Assembly (NCBI GenBank): GCA_963693365.1
Contig: CAVNZM010000004.1
Span: forward strand, 14,196,524-14,260,523
DNA length: 64,000 nucleotides
Source: Amoebidium appalachense
Lineage: Eukaryota; Protista; Ichthyosporea
Reading direction: 5' to 3'
Shown here piece by piece: positions 14,859-29,800 of this stretch; the first letter of the stretch is position 1; every line of letters starts with the position of its first letter. The position numbers and the translations under genes are program-made. The notes under the pieces are model-generated. The model was not told the DNA's origin. It did not search any database and saw nothing but the letters and a program-made list of their open reading frames with translations.

Positions 14859-15480
14859 GGAGGATGTTTGCCCTTTTAGGCATGACAGTGTGTGACGTCT
14901 GGTCAATCAGATCAACGATGAGTACACGGTGATTGGACGGGGCCTCTTCAAGAAAGAAACCAGCATGGGCCTGTTTGCAAACCTCAGAGTCAAGCTGTCC
15001 ACAGGTGACAAAATGCACTGCCCCCTGCCTTCTCTATGCTTGGCAGCATCAGTCCAAATACAGAAAGGCAGCCATGCACAGGCACACACAGGGTCATACA
15101 CACAGAAGGAGGCATGCAGATGCATGCACACAGGCACACACACGAGGGGGGCAGGCAGGTGCATGCACACGGGCACACACACAGGCACACGCCGCTACAC
15201 ACACACATGGGTGCATTCGCAAAGGCACACCCTGCTACACAGAGAGAGAGTAGAATAGCTCTGCATGCAGCTGGTGACCTATGTGTGGCCCAGGCTGAGG
15301 GTGTTGGGTGGCAGGGGAGGACGGGATCATCGAAGGTGCATTTGGCCAAAGTGGAAAGTTCAAGGTGGGTGGATGGGCAGGCGGGCATATGTGTGTGTGT
15401 CTGTGTAGGTGTGTGTGTGTGTAGGGGAGGGGGAGGGGGAGGGGGGAGGGGTATGTGCGTGGGTGTGGGATTTTTGTGTT

Positions 15481-15513
<33 letters not shown>

Positions 15514-16055
15514 CTGTGTGTGCTCGTGTGGGCGCCTGTGTGTTTGTTTTGTGTGTGTGTATGTGTGTGCACGTGCACGTGTCCATGCGTGTCAATGCGG
15601 GTGCCTGTATATATCTACTGTATCGGTCACGGTATGTACATTATTGTGAGGTGCATGGTTGTGAGTTAGCAATGTGTATGTACGCTAAGCAGAAAGGAGG
15701 TGAAACGTTGTTTTGTGTGGGGCCCCACGGGGGAAGGGGGGAGGGAGGGAGGGGGGGATAGGAAGGCACTGAAGTCGGACTCGGCTAAGTGGTGTGGGAT
15801 CGGAGGTAGCAACGATGGTGGATGTAGGAGGGCCCAAGTGCCCTTTATGGGTTGGGGGTGTGGCCTTGGGAGGGTGGTGGGTGCTAAAAAGAACCATGCT
15901 TGTGCACGTGCTGTGTGCCCCTTTGTTTGGTGCAGCCGACTACACAAGTACCCTGTCATAAACACACGTGCAGACTGCCCGGGGGAGGGGGAAAGGGTGA
16001 GCTGGGAGTTGGTTGATTGGTTGGTTGGTTGTTGGGGGGGTTTTTTCCCTTTTTT

Positions 16056-16086
<31 letters not shown>

Positions 16087-16305
16087 GGGGGGCATGGGGA
16101 GGGGGGGGGGCAAACTTGGATGCATATGGTGGATTGACTGCTTTTGGCACGTATCTGTTCCTTCGGAATTTAAACCTACCCCATGGCGTCGAGTTCGACA
16201 ACTTGCCATCATGCAGTTGTCGGGGAAGATTGGTGTGACAGTCTTTAGCCGGTCTGTCTCTTCATCTAGTGCTTAACACTGCCTCTGACCAACAGCACAC
16301 TCTTC

Positions 16306-16342
<37 letters not shown>

Positions 16343-16530
16343 ACACACACACACAGGTGCGGATACCCGGGGGGCTGAGCAAAGAAACCATGGTGGCGCA
16401 TGGGAACGAAGGAAAGGGCAAAGGGCGCAAAAAGGAGACGGAGGCACCGAGTGAGGGGGGAGGGTTGATAGGCATCAGTCTGTGCTTCAAGCGCTATGTC
16501 TTTGACCCCACAAAGAAGATGGTGCAGTAG
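5068..16530 (+). CDS. EEFSEC: Selenocysteine-specific translation elongation factor (eEFSec/SelB), 18 exons
   Basis: GT-AG exons join in frame: 5068-5137, 6146-6271, 6765-6842, 7239-7309, 7436-7534, 7664-7789, 8562-8667, 9186-9244, 9965-10024, 10515-10586, 11391-11481, 12129-12194, 12754-12924, 13491-13561, 14215-14274, 14911-15004, 15315-15364, 16357-16530. Motifs NVGVLGHVDCGKT, RGITLDLGFS, LVDCPGHASLI, LNKTD, IDHCFAIKGQGTVMTGT, SRLDTDIHSNVCRLAF and C-terminal FKRYVFDPTKKMVQ are typical of eukaryotic eEFSec. Confidence 0.96.
8860..9175. repeat. ~38-bp intronic minisatellite
   Basis: About 7 copies of TAGCACCACCGCTAATGCCAGTGCTCTTTTGTAGTT(A/T)T in eEFSec intron 7. Confidence 0.85.
10818..10940. 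repeat. ~45-bp intronic tandem repeat, 3 copies
   Basis: GTGTCAG(T/C)GTGATATTATTCGTATCAACAC repeated three times. Confidence 0.85.
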
Positions 16531-16669
16531 GTGGGCATGATGGTTGCCTGGGCGTGTGCATGTGTGTGCTATGTGTGTGCACGTGTGTATGTGGTGGAGG
16601 GTGTGGGTATAGGGCATACCCATTTTAATACTGCTGATTCACCGGCACATTTGGGTGTAGGGGGCGGGT

Positions 16670-16703
<34 letters not shown>

Positions 16704-16714
16704 TGTGTGTTTGT

Positions 16715-16751
<37 letters not shown>

Positions 16752-17086
16752 GGGGGGAGGGGGGGCTAAGGTGTGAATGAATGCGAAGACCAGCAAGGGA
16801 CTTGTGATGAGCACACGTGTCTGCCATGTGTGCAGTAGAGTAACCAAATTTGGTAGTAAACTTAGTGTTATGTTCCAAGTGTGATGTGTATGCTGTGGAG
16901 TAACCAAATTTGGTAATATAATGTGCTAATTTTCGTAGTGTGGTGTATGAAGTGGAGAAAGTCAAACTTAGTCTAGCTCATTAAATCAAAGTGCCAAACA
17001 GTTCTATGATATACATGAATGCAGTCAGTGTTTGGATGCTACGTACGAGTAAAGAGCTGTGTTTGAAGCCAACGTCCCCTCCGAGA

Positions 17087-17685
<599 letters not shown>

Positions 17686-19025
17686 GAGTGTCCTTCTGCA
17701 AAAACACCAAACAGGCGCCCGTGCACGCAAGCACACATTGCGCAAGCACACACACACTGCACACATGTACACGCACAGACGCACACACATACGCGCGCAG
17801 GCAGACACGTTCACGCCCACACTCACAGCACAGTACCACAGGCCGTGACTGAGCCCGTAATGCTGGGGGCCCAAAACAAACCCGTGTATCCACAATGTGT
17901 TGCCATGGTGATCTGGCAGGTCCCTTTCATTCACATGGCAGAGGCAACCCCATTCAATCGCTACGGCAAGCCATGCATACACACAGATGGAAATGTGCAA
18001 TGGCTCACTGACCCAAAACCAGCACTCTACAGCACTCTGCTGAATGCACGTGAATGTGGGCGTGCCGGCAGTGACACGTGATTTCTTGGTGACGTCATAC
18101 GGACATCTCACGTACATGTGCATGTGGGACAGCCGCCGTGTGCAGCTGTCACACATGTGCATGTCCAGATGTGAAACTGCTGATAACCTGTAAAAAGCCC
18201 AGCAGACAATGTTTTCTTCAAGTAAGACAGTGCCGACACTCCTAGCTTTACACACTCATCAATAATGAGTCATATGTACCTGTTTACTTATTTCGTAAAT
18301 TTGTAGGTCGTGGTGACGTTTCTTATCAGTCTCCCATTTTGTTGAGTGACTTGAGTGTAGGGTCCAGCCAATCAAACCCAACCGGCTTGAACGAACAACT
18401 GACAAACACCCACTCACTCTAAACATAAAAAAACATGCCTAGCGGCGATTGGCTGGAGCGTATATCCTAAAAAAGCAGATTGCGCCAAGCGTTTTGATTG
18501 GAGACTTCGCCACTTGCGCCGGTTTCAAAAATCTACAGCAAACGCTAATGACATGTAACCATTAGGTAACAGGAATTACCTATCACCAGTTTTGTATCAC
18601 AGTAAAATCTTGAAGCACGAGTAGTCCATGCTGCCGAATATCAAACGACTGCCATGTATCTTATGTAACATTTTCATATAATTTTTTAATGATAATTTTA
18701 AATAAAGCTGGCTATAATATATATATCATGACCATATTCTTTGTAGTATACTCTGCATACGTTCAGGCAGCCGCGTATGACGTGATGCTCTTTCTACCAA
18801 TGGGATGGTGGCACCATCAACACTCTGGGACGCATTCCATGTTTGCCAACAGCAACAAAACTATCCGCGGTGGCGCACCCTGCGCACAGTTGCCGCTGAC
18901 ACAGCCAACCACCACACAGACATTTCGTGCAACTATTTTGTGTGTTCACACCTCCTATATATCACCGCGTTGCGGGCTACTTATAGTCGGGCGCTTTCAT
19001 AGCGCCACTTTCTGGTGGTCTCGAT

Positions 19026-20644
19026 ATGCTTGACACGCTCAACCCACGCGAGGCGCAATATCAGTCATTCAGTCGCGTGCATTCTGTTCCCGTAGAGCTT
19101 TTGCAAGAGGCATCGATGCCACGGCATGTGTACAGTGTGCATAGACACAAGCACACAGTGAAAACCACTGTTAAAGGGTCAGTTTTTGACGAGCGCGTGT
19201 TAGGGAAGATACGTCCTTTTGGCTTTCACATTCGAGCTGGAAGAATTGGTGGGGGGAAAGCAGTTGCAGAGCTAGTTAACAAAGGAAAACGTAGAATGGT
19301 GAACCTAGAGAACGAGTGCATCCAATGGTACGATGAGGATGGGTCGATGCACACCATAGCCTTGCACGACGTGCTCTCTGTCACGGTGGCTGCCTCCACG
19401 CTTGCACACCCCGCAAGCAGCCCGCCGTCCACCCCCCCAGAGGAGAGCAAGGTGCTACTAGTTCCTCAGGTCAGCCAGTGCCCCCAGACAGGCCTGCTGG
19501 CCCAGGCCGTGCAGGTCATGTTTTCCGTGCAGGCAGTGACAAAGGGGGACGACTGTGTGTGGCGCCTGGAGGAGTTTCATTTCGAGTGCACAGAGTACGT
19601 GCTTCTTTCCGCTTCCCCCCCTCCCCCCCCCCCCTACTTCTCCCCCCCCCCCCCCCCCTGGCGAGGATGGGCTCTGTTGAGCATGCATGCTCTTTATGTG
19701 TGGTTTGCACTTTGCATCGCATTGTCCATTGTTTTTTTGTGCTTCGTACTTTATAGCGCATTCAACTCCCCCTCCCAACCCCATCCTCCACTTCACTGTC
19801 TCTCGTGTTCCCCCATTTCTATTTCCCTTTGCTTCCACATACCGTGCCGAGCAAGCAAGTCACACACGCAACCATAAACTTATTTCCACCTTGAACCTTA
19901 GAGGGCTGGCTTCTGGTTGCTGTGTTTTATGGTTCAGCAGTTTAGATTACTGCCCCCCACTATTCTTACTTCCTGGCCGCACACTGTTTAAGTTCCCCCT
20001 CTCCCCCGCTCCCTCCCCCCCCCCCCCTCCCCCCCCGGGCCTCGGTTGTATTTTGCCTTATTTGGCACTCCATAAGTGCCCCTTTCTACCCCCCTCCTCT
20101 ACGGCGTTTTATGTGCATTGCCCTCTTGCGCCGCACTTCCATTAGTATCTGTGTACAAGGTTCCAGTGCAGCACATTCCTTGCTTCCAAAGGCTTGCATG
20201 CCCAGCCCTTTTTTGGTTGTTGTTGTTTTAATTTTTAATTTATGGCTCGCCTCCTGCACCTCGTGCCCTATGCAGCAAAACCGTCCGTGACCTCGCCCCT
20301 CACAATTCCTTCCCCCCATTCAGTGCGGCAACTAGTCAGTTGTGGATCGCTGCGTTCCGCCAGGCACTGCAATGTGAGCACAGGCCGAAGAAGCTTCTAG
20401 TCCTTATCAACCCGTACGGGGGCTGGAAGAAGGCACCGACTGTGTACCAAGACGTAGCGGCACCAATATTCCAGGCTGCTAAAATTACGACGGACGTGAT
20501 AGCCACAAAGCACGCAGACCATGCACGGGAGATAATCGAGGGATATACTGGGTTGGATAGTCTGGATGGTGTCGTGGCCGTGGGTGGTGATGGCTTCTTC
20601 AATGATGTATGAAACCCCCCTCCCCCCAGCCCTCCCCCCCCCCC

Positions 20645-20675
<31 letters not shown>

Positions 20676-21523
20676 ACATACATAAAGAAAAACAAAAAAT
20701 AAAAAAAAAATTCAGGAAAAAAGATGATGAGAAGAACAACATGGAAGCCCCCCCCCTCCCCCCCCCCCCCCCTCCCCACCCCCCAAAAAAAGGGGGGGGG
20801 GGAGGGGGGAGAACAAAGTAATATTCATAACAACAACACGAATGATAATTGTAACTTGGGGAAAGGGAGAAAACACAAGATTTTTTAAAACTTTCGGATC
20901 CGGAGGAACACAAAATAATTATGAACGGAAGAGGAGGATAAGAGTCGGATTCTGCCAAATTAGGAACTTGCCTGGCTTTCTTTGCTCCTTTTTTTCAAGG
21001 CACTGCCCTCCTCTCCATTCATGGTCTCCCGGCTTGCCATCCGTTTCGTGCAATGTATGTTTGCATGGCTTGTGCACATTTACCATGATAGATAGCTGGC
21101 GATCCTGGCCTGACCAACCAACCCCCCCCCCCCTTCCGTAGGTTCTAAATTGTGTTCTGGCACGCACGGACCGGCCGGCCCACCTCCGACTAGGGCTGAT
21201 ACCTGCGGGGTCGACCAATTGTGTTATTTATAGCGCCACGGGCACTGACGATGCAACCACTGCCGCCCTGCACATAGCTTTGGGCAGCCGCACGCCATTG
21301 GACGTTGCTATGGTGACGGGGGGCCAAGGTGTGCCCCGATTGGCTGCCTCCCTGGTGACGTATGGCTTCTATGGTGACGTCGTAACCAACAGGTAAGAGG
21401 GGCCAAGGGAGGGGGAGAGGTGGGGAGGGGAGGGGGGGTTGCACTCTTATTCATCTGTTAGGAGACTTTTCCCATCGAATGTGTGAAGGTGGGAAGGAGG
21501 CCCCCAGGGGCAGGGGAGAAAGA

Positions 21524-21571
<48 letters not shown>

Positions 21572-21744
21572 CATATGTAGGGGCTTTGATTTGCCGCATG
21601 TTTTTTGGGTTAGCAGCTGAGGTGGAACACAGTTTTGTTTAGTTGGCTGACACGAGATGCTTTGCTTCTCCCTGACTCTCGCATGCACTGTCACACGCTA
21701 CACTGAACCCTGCATGAGCACTAATACACACACGCTCGCACGCG

Positions 21745-21820
<76 letters not shown>

Positions 21821-22483
21821 GAGCGCTACCGGTGGATGGGACCTCTGCGCTACAATTGGTCTGGGTTCCGTGCCTTTATGAAGAAATCAACATACGGGGG
21901 GACCCTATACGTGAAACGGGCTGACAAGGGCCGTGGTGAGGGGGGTCTATGCCTGAAAGAATGCCCCACGTGCCCGGCCGATCTGCCCACAGCAAATGCG
22001 CCAGCCGAAGCTCCCCACACACTGTCGCTCACCAAACCAGCAGAATTCAAAGCAGAGGATGGATGGGAGGTGATCGAGGGGGACTTCATGTGCATTAATG
22101 CCGCCGTAATTTCGTGCCGCTGTGAAAAATCCCCCAACGGCATGGCACCCCACGCGCATCTCTCAGACGGGTGCCTGGATCTTATTCTTGTGCGCAACTG
22201 CCGCCACGACCAGTATCTGTTCCATCTCACCTGCCTAGCTGACCGGGCAGCAGACCACCTGGCCTTTGATTTTATCGACGTTATCAAGGCGCGCGAATTT
22301 TGGTTTGAACCCCGCGAAAATTCCCCAAAGAGTAGGTGGGTGGCGGATGGGGAGCCACTGGATGACGGGGGTCGGGTGGGGGTCCAAGTGCAGTCGAATT
22401 TGGTGCACATTTTTGCCTCCCGGCCCAGCCATCCCCCAAAAGTGATTCCCAGGCTGGAGTCGGGTGCAGGTGGCCAGGAGTAA
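19026..22483 (+). CDS. CERK: Ceramide kinase (DAG-kinase-fold sphingolipid kinase), 4 exons
   Basis: Exons 19026-19594, 20336-20606, 21142-21392, 21820-22483 join in frame. Motifs RPKKLLVLINPYGG, VAVGGDGFF, GLIPAGSTN, YGFYGDV, SERYRWMGPLRY, CxxxCxxC (CLKECPTC), SCRCEKSPNGMAPHAHLSDGCLDLILV, WVADGE. Start codon uncertain. Confidence 0.9.
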
Positions 22484-22967
22484 GACACCTCGTCCAATCC
22501 GCATTGTTTGTTAAAAGTTTTGTAAAATGGTGGAATCACAACCACTAGAGAATGCATGGGTGGTTCACTATGCCCAGAATTCCTTCAATCAGGAGTTTGA
22601 TTTACGAATGTCTTGGCATGGGACCTTTCTTTTTTTTATAGTAGTGTTGTGGAGGTAAGAAGTTGAACGTTGGCAGTTTTCAAATAGCCTAAACATTGGT
22701 TTCAGCCAGAAATCGTGATCGAAACGAAAATAATTACATAGCATACGTATAAATAAGAAATCATCGATTTTTGAATAACTGAGTAGCAGTTTACACAAGC
22801 ATTTTCGATTTTTTGCCAGGTTTAACCCAGGGCCTGCCAAAATGGAATGCTGATGCGTAACGGATAAATAAATGAAACCGTTTGTATTTTTGCCACGGCC
22901 TGTTTGCTTGCCACGTTGGTGGTGAGTGTGGGGCACTGCCGTACGCGTTATACATTGTGTGGTAAAT

Positions 22968-23006
<39 letters not shown>

Positions 23007-23296
23007 AATCCGAATGTTGCAGCAGCAATGGGCATGCTCCGCCGGCCAATATAGAAGGGCATACCCAAAGTGCAATGTTCGTAAAAAAAAAAAGACGGTG
23101 TACTAGATCAAGTTTTTAATACATATTTTTGCTCATATTCATTCCCTTTTTTTTTTCCTTCCCATTTGTTATATTGCGTGATACGATCAGGGTTAACGTT
23201 CGATTTTTCGAAAAACCGTTTCGGAAATTCGAAACTTTTTGAACGGTTTCCGAAAGACCATCCAGGGGATTGGGGGGAGGCCTAGCTGGGGGGCAG

Positions 23297-24219
23297 TGTT
23301 GTAATACGTAGTATTTACATATTGTAAGATCTTCTCAGTTCGTGTTATGTTTTCATTCATTTACTTAGTGAAAGAGATATGCTCCTTGTACGTAAATTAT
23401 GACATCGATCTTCAGTGTGTCTGAGTACTTGTAATCGTGTTGTGTCGGCTATATTCGTGTGTTTAAGATATCGATTACAGCAACTGATTATAGGTACACG
23501 AGTCTACCCAGTGAGGGAGAAACGTGTACATGTTATGTGTACATGAATATCTTCAGTTATAACTGTGTTTTCATGTTCGTGTTTTCTGTCCTGCTTTCTT
23601 TTCTTTTTCCTCTTTCTTCTTCTTTCTTTTCTCTTTCTTTCTTCTCTTGTTTCCTTTCACATAATTATTTTTCTTTCTCACTAATATACGTTGAGTAGAT
23701 TTATATTACTCGTTATGTTTTGATTGGTAGAAAAACACTTAGGTTACACTTTAGCTTGTCAGGTATGATTCATAGCTTAGTCAACCACTTTTGTTTTGTG
23801 TGTTGCCGTACTATATCCAATCAGTGGACTTAGTCAGAAAATGTCTGAGTCTTTGTAGCCGATGATAGGTTAGAAACATCACCTCTTTCCTCGTTACTCT
23901 TCACCTCATTTCTTTCTTGTAGCTGTGACCTATGGTGTGCGTTCCTGTGTCTCCGGATCTATCCGGGAAATAATCAGTTAATTGTGATTGGTTATTTTAG
24001 ACATAGATCTGATTTCCGACTCACGTATGGATTTAACTTAAGGGAATTTCAGGTATTTATTCGAGATCAAAATAAATTGAGTTCAGTCGTGTCTAAACAT
24101 TGATGTCTGTTGTGTACACTGCTCCGATCGTTCCGTGTTTTGTTGTTGTGTGTCTGTGGTGTTTTCACACTGCACCACTGTGTCTCTGCTTCCGTCTCAA
24201 ATACTTATAGAATTTTACA
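23297..24219 (+). mobile_element. Solo LTR (family A), 923 bp
   Basis: TGT...ACA termini with 5-bp target-site duplication GGCAG (23292-23296, 24220-24224); related copies at 1526 and 61516. Confidence 0.92.
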
Positions 24220-24297
24220 GGCAGCGTACCATCGCAAAGTGTCTCGGTACTATGGGGTGGTAAGAGCAAGAATCGTGTTTTCACGACATGGGGATGC

Positions 24298-26028
<1,731 letters not shown>

Positions 26029-26508
26029 ACTACAATGAGGGGCGCGGCACATGGTTAATGTCGACGTCATCAAAGATGACGTCACATTAACCATTATCCG
26101 CCCCCCTCAGGATATGGGATATGTGGATATGAGATATGTGATATCTGTGTACACATATCGCGATATGGGATATGTGATATGGGTGGATCATCATATATGT
26201 ACAGGAGCACGTGCACACACTGTGTGTGTGTGTGTGTAAAACACGTGCAGAGCACGTGGTTTTAATTAAATGATTAAACAATTAAAGAGAGAGAGGGCGT
26301 GTCACGTGTACGCGTACGTGTACGCGTACATGTGGTGCGTACATGTACACAAGTGCGGATCAAAGGAATGCGAAGGTTTGCGCAAGGCGTCCAATGGGAA
26401 TTCGAATTCTGAATTCCATGTACAAGGCGTCCAATGGTATTACGGATGCGCAGGGCGGCCAATGATAATTCGGCTCAAAAAAGCCAATTGCCGCACAAGG
26501 CGTCCAAT
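26029..26508 (+). repeat. Left terminal inverted repeat (480 bp)
   Basis: Begins ACTACAATGAGGGGCGCGG; reverse complement of 60001-60474 apart from a 6-bp indel and about 3 substitutions that I could see. Confidence 0.95.
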
Positions 26509-26592
26509 GAGCATTAAGGACGGCACATTCCATCCCAAAGGCGTCCAATGAGCGCCCGGATCGGTCAATCTGGGTCTCTTATTGGACGCCTT
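26384..26592. promoter_or_regulatory. Cluster of AAGGCGTCCAAT (CCAAT-box) motifs upstream of pPolB
   Basis: Exact 12-mers at 26384, 26424, 26497, 26538 and inverted at 26581. Promoter role is inferred. Confidence 0.55.
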
Positions 26593-26829
26593 AGGTACAC
26601 AGGCGGTCACCGCGGCCACACACACACACACACAAACACGCACAGACGTTGTTTTTTGCAAGATGTTTGCTTTGGAGATTTATTGCACAGGCACAGGCTT
26701 GTTATTTTGCATGCTGTTCTTTATTGAGGCGTTGCCCTGGCACAGCCAGGCTTAGCCTAGTAATTATTAAGTAGATTGATACTTGAGATTTATAAGATTG
26801 CAGCCTGAGATCTAAGGTTACATTTCAAG

Positions 26830-29800
26830 ATGTTCAGAGAGAGCCAGGAAGAGTTTGAAGATGACCTGTTGCGGGCACTGGATGCCGACCCGCAGCAGGT
26901 CCTGCAGGCCCACCCCTTTCTGCAGGCCATGTTGGCCCCACCACCCCCACCACCACCCCTCCCCGGCCTCGCCCCCGCCCCCGCCCCCATCAACCACCCC
27001 GATGACCCCCAGATCATTGCAATGCCCGCCGAGGGCAACTGGCGCCTGCGTTCCCGTGTCGATGACATGCAGGCACGGGGACTGGGTGTACGCGGCCACA
27101 CCCTCGAGTACCAACCCCTGCACACCCTTGACGTGACCGAGTTCCCCCAGTTCTTTGCAGCCATGCTGTTCGATGCCATTGCCCGTGCAGATGTGCAGGC
27201 GGGGGACATGCTGATTGTGCGTATCATCAGCCTGCACGTGCAGGCCAACGGTGTGGACAACCAGGTGGGGGATGATGGCAACCCCAATGCCGACGTCACC
27301 AACCGGCGTGTCTTTACGGCCGGCCCCATGGACGTGTTCAACGGAGATGTGAACGCCGTGGTGCTCAAGCTGATGGAGAACATACGTCAACGTACCCAGA
27401 GTGCAGCCGAGACGTTTATGGACGGCAGATCCAGCGTGCATCTGACGGTGGTCCGACCCAAGGACATGGTGAGGAGGGGGGCCTGCGGCACCCTGTCCAC
27501 CAACACGGGGGTAAATGCACGCCGGCTGCAGGAGCTGGTGGAGGCCAAGGCCGTGGTGGATGTGACCGCCCTGGTGCAGGATGCATGCAGCACCGACGAC
27601 CCACAGGTGACCGGGGAGACCCGCCTGGACCACCTGCAGCTGCACAGCTTTGCCTACGGCCCCAACTGTGCCCAGCTGACAGTGTGCCTGGTGTACTGCA
27701 TGGTGATGTGGCTCAAGAAGGCTGCCAACGGCAACGAGCAGGCCAACCTGCCCACCGAGAACACACGCAAGGCCCTGGGCAGAGGGGGCGACCTCACGGG
27801 CCGCAAGGACCACCACGTGCTGTGCCACCTGCTGACCCCGGGGGATGTGATTGGGGTTGGCAACACGACCCTGGGGAGGTCGAGATCTTCGGGCTGCGGG
27901 GTGTGCACCCTGCTGATGCCCCCACCCAACTACCGTGCCTCTTTCCAGGACCGTTACCTGCGAAGATTGGTGAGGGCAACCCGTGTGCTGTGGGCCAAGT
28001 ACGACCTGCCCGTGCCTGCAGAGGACGGCCTGACGGTGGATCAGCTGGGTGCAGCCGTGGATGCCCTCAACACGGCCATTGCCGAGCGGCCTGAGTCAGT
28101 GACCCGCCTGCGGTTGGTGGTGGTGGACATGGACAGCAAGGGCAGGGTGCTACGCCGGTACGGGGATCTGAGCACGGCCCTACCCCCCTCCAAGCTGTGC
28201 ACCATGTACATGGCCCACTCCCAGAAGCTGGGCCACTTCACGGCCATCACCTCGAGTGTCAGCACGACCATCGAGCGCCTGCGGCACGACAACCACACGG
28301 GGGAGGTACGCCGGAGCCTCAGCACCTGCTTCCACTGCAACCAGACCGTGCAAGCCAAGAACATGGGGGTGCACCGTTGTGTGAACCGGTGTGAGAACTG
28401 TGGATCAAAGGGGGACCGCAACGACCAGGCCAACGCCTGTGTGTGGACCCCCGAGCGCCGTCTGCAGCTTGCACAGGCAGGGGAGGAGGTATGGCCTTAC
28501 CGTTGTGACGACTGCTGTGGCCTCTTCCCGTCGGCCAAGTGCATGGCCAACCACAGCACCAGGCTCAAGGGGGCAGCAGCCGGGGCCAGTGGCAAACGGC
28601 AATCCTTCTGCGACAACGTGTTCTGGTGCCGGTTGGACACGTGCACCCACGGCCTGCAGGGGTACAGGGTGGAGGGCAGTGGGGATGATGCCCGCAGGGT
28701 GTGTGTGTCGGGCAACCCTGCCGGCCGGTTCATCTACAAGTTCAAGTACGCCAGCGTGTGCCGGCTACGTCGGTTGCACACCGCCCAGGAGCAAGGGGGG
28801 TACGATGCAGGTGCAGATGCAGGAGCCAACGACGAGGGGGAGGGCTGGGCCTGGGGCACGGACACGGGGGAGGACTCGGATGCCGAGGATGCCGACTCAG
28901 GCCCCCCACCCAGCCTTGCCGACTCGTCGGACGACGAAGGTGACGATGATGACAACGGCGATGGCATCGACCTCATGCAGATGTCTGAGGGGGAGGGGGA
29001 TGACGGGGGTGAGCACGGGGGCAAGAGGAAGGACGACACGTGGACACAGCACCTGTGCACCGACTACGACTGCAAGGGGTGCGGGGGGGTACATGCCCGG
29101 CAACCACACGTGCCTCATACGCAGCAAGCGTGACCGTCCAGCGACGTGTGTACATGTGCACGCACACGGATGCAGACGGCACGGCGTGCGACAGGGTGGC
29201 GTGCTACTCCAACGAGCATGGGCAGGGGGGAGGAGGGGGAGGAGGGGGAGGGGGAGGGGGATGGGTCACCTACACGGCAGAGGGCCAGGGTGGATGGTGC
29301 CGACGGCAGGGTGGGTGCACACGTGTGCAAACGGCACGTGCCCGACGACGATGGCAGCAGGGGGCCGTGGAAGCAGACCCGGCAGCCCATCAGGGACATC
29401 GTGCTGGACTTCGAGACCATGCCCGTGCCTGCCCCCGACCACACGGCCGAAAACCCCCACTTCATCCACATCGTGTACCACGCTGTGGCCATGTACGTCG
29501 AGCCAATGGACGGCCAGCCCTCAACCCCCATCGTCTTCTGGCCGGAGGACCTGGCCGACGGCAAGAACGGGTGGGATGTGCTGATGGAGGACCACCACCA
29601 GGTGATTGACAAGGTGGTGGCATGGCTGTTCGACACCCCTGCCCATGCCGGCGGCCGGGTGTACTGCCACAACGGCAGCGGCTTTGACTTCCACTTTGTG
29701 ACCAAGAGGGTGGTGGGCAGCCAGGACTACGTTGTAAACAGTTGAACTAGTTGGGATAAGGCAGAGAACAACTGAATCAGAATAAAGACAGAGAACGGGT

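Noticed and set aside
26310-26330. Two ACGCGT (MCB-like) sites in the TIR as G1/S elements
   Set aside because: They lie within alternating purine-pyrimidine low-complexity sequence, and MBF factors are fungal; no support for this host.
29131-29133. In-frame TGA between two same-frame pPolB ORFs, as possible selenocysteine recoding in a Sec-using host
   Set aside because: The alternative frames encode better zinc motifs (CKGCGGYMPGNHTC; CTHTDADGTACDRVACY), so three compensating +1 indels explain it; no SECIS identified.
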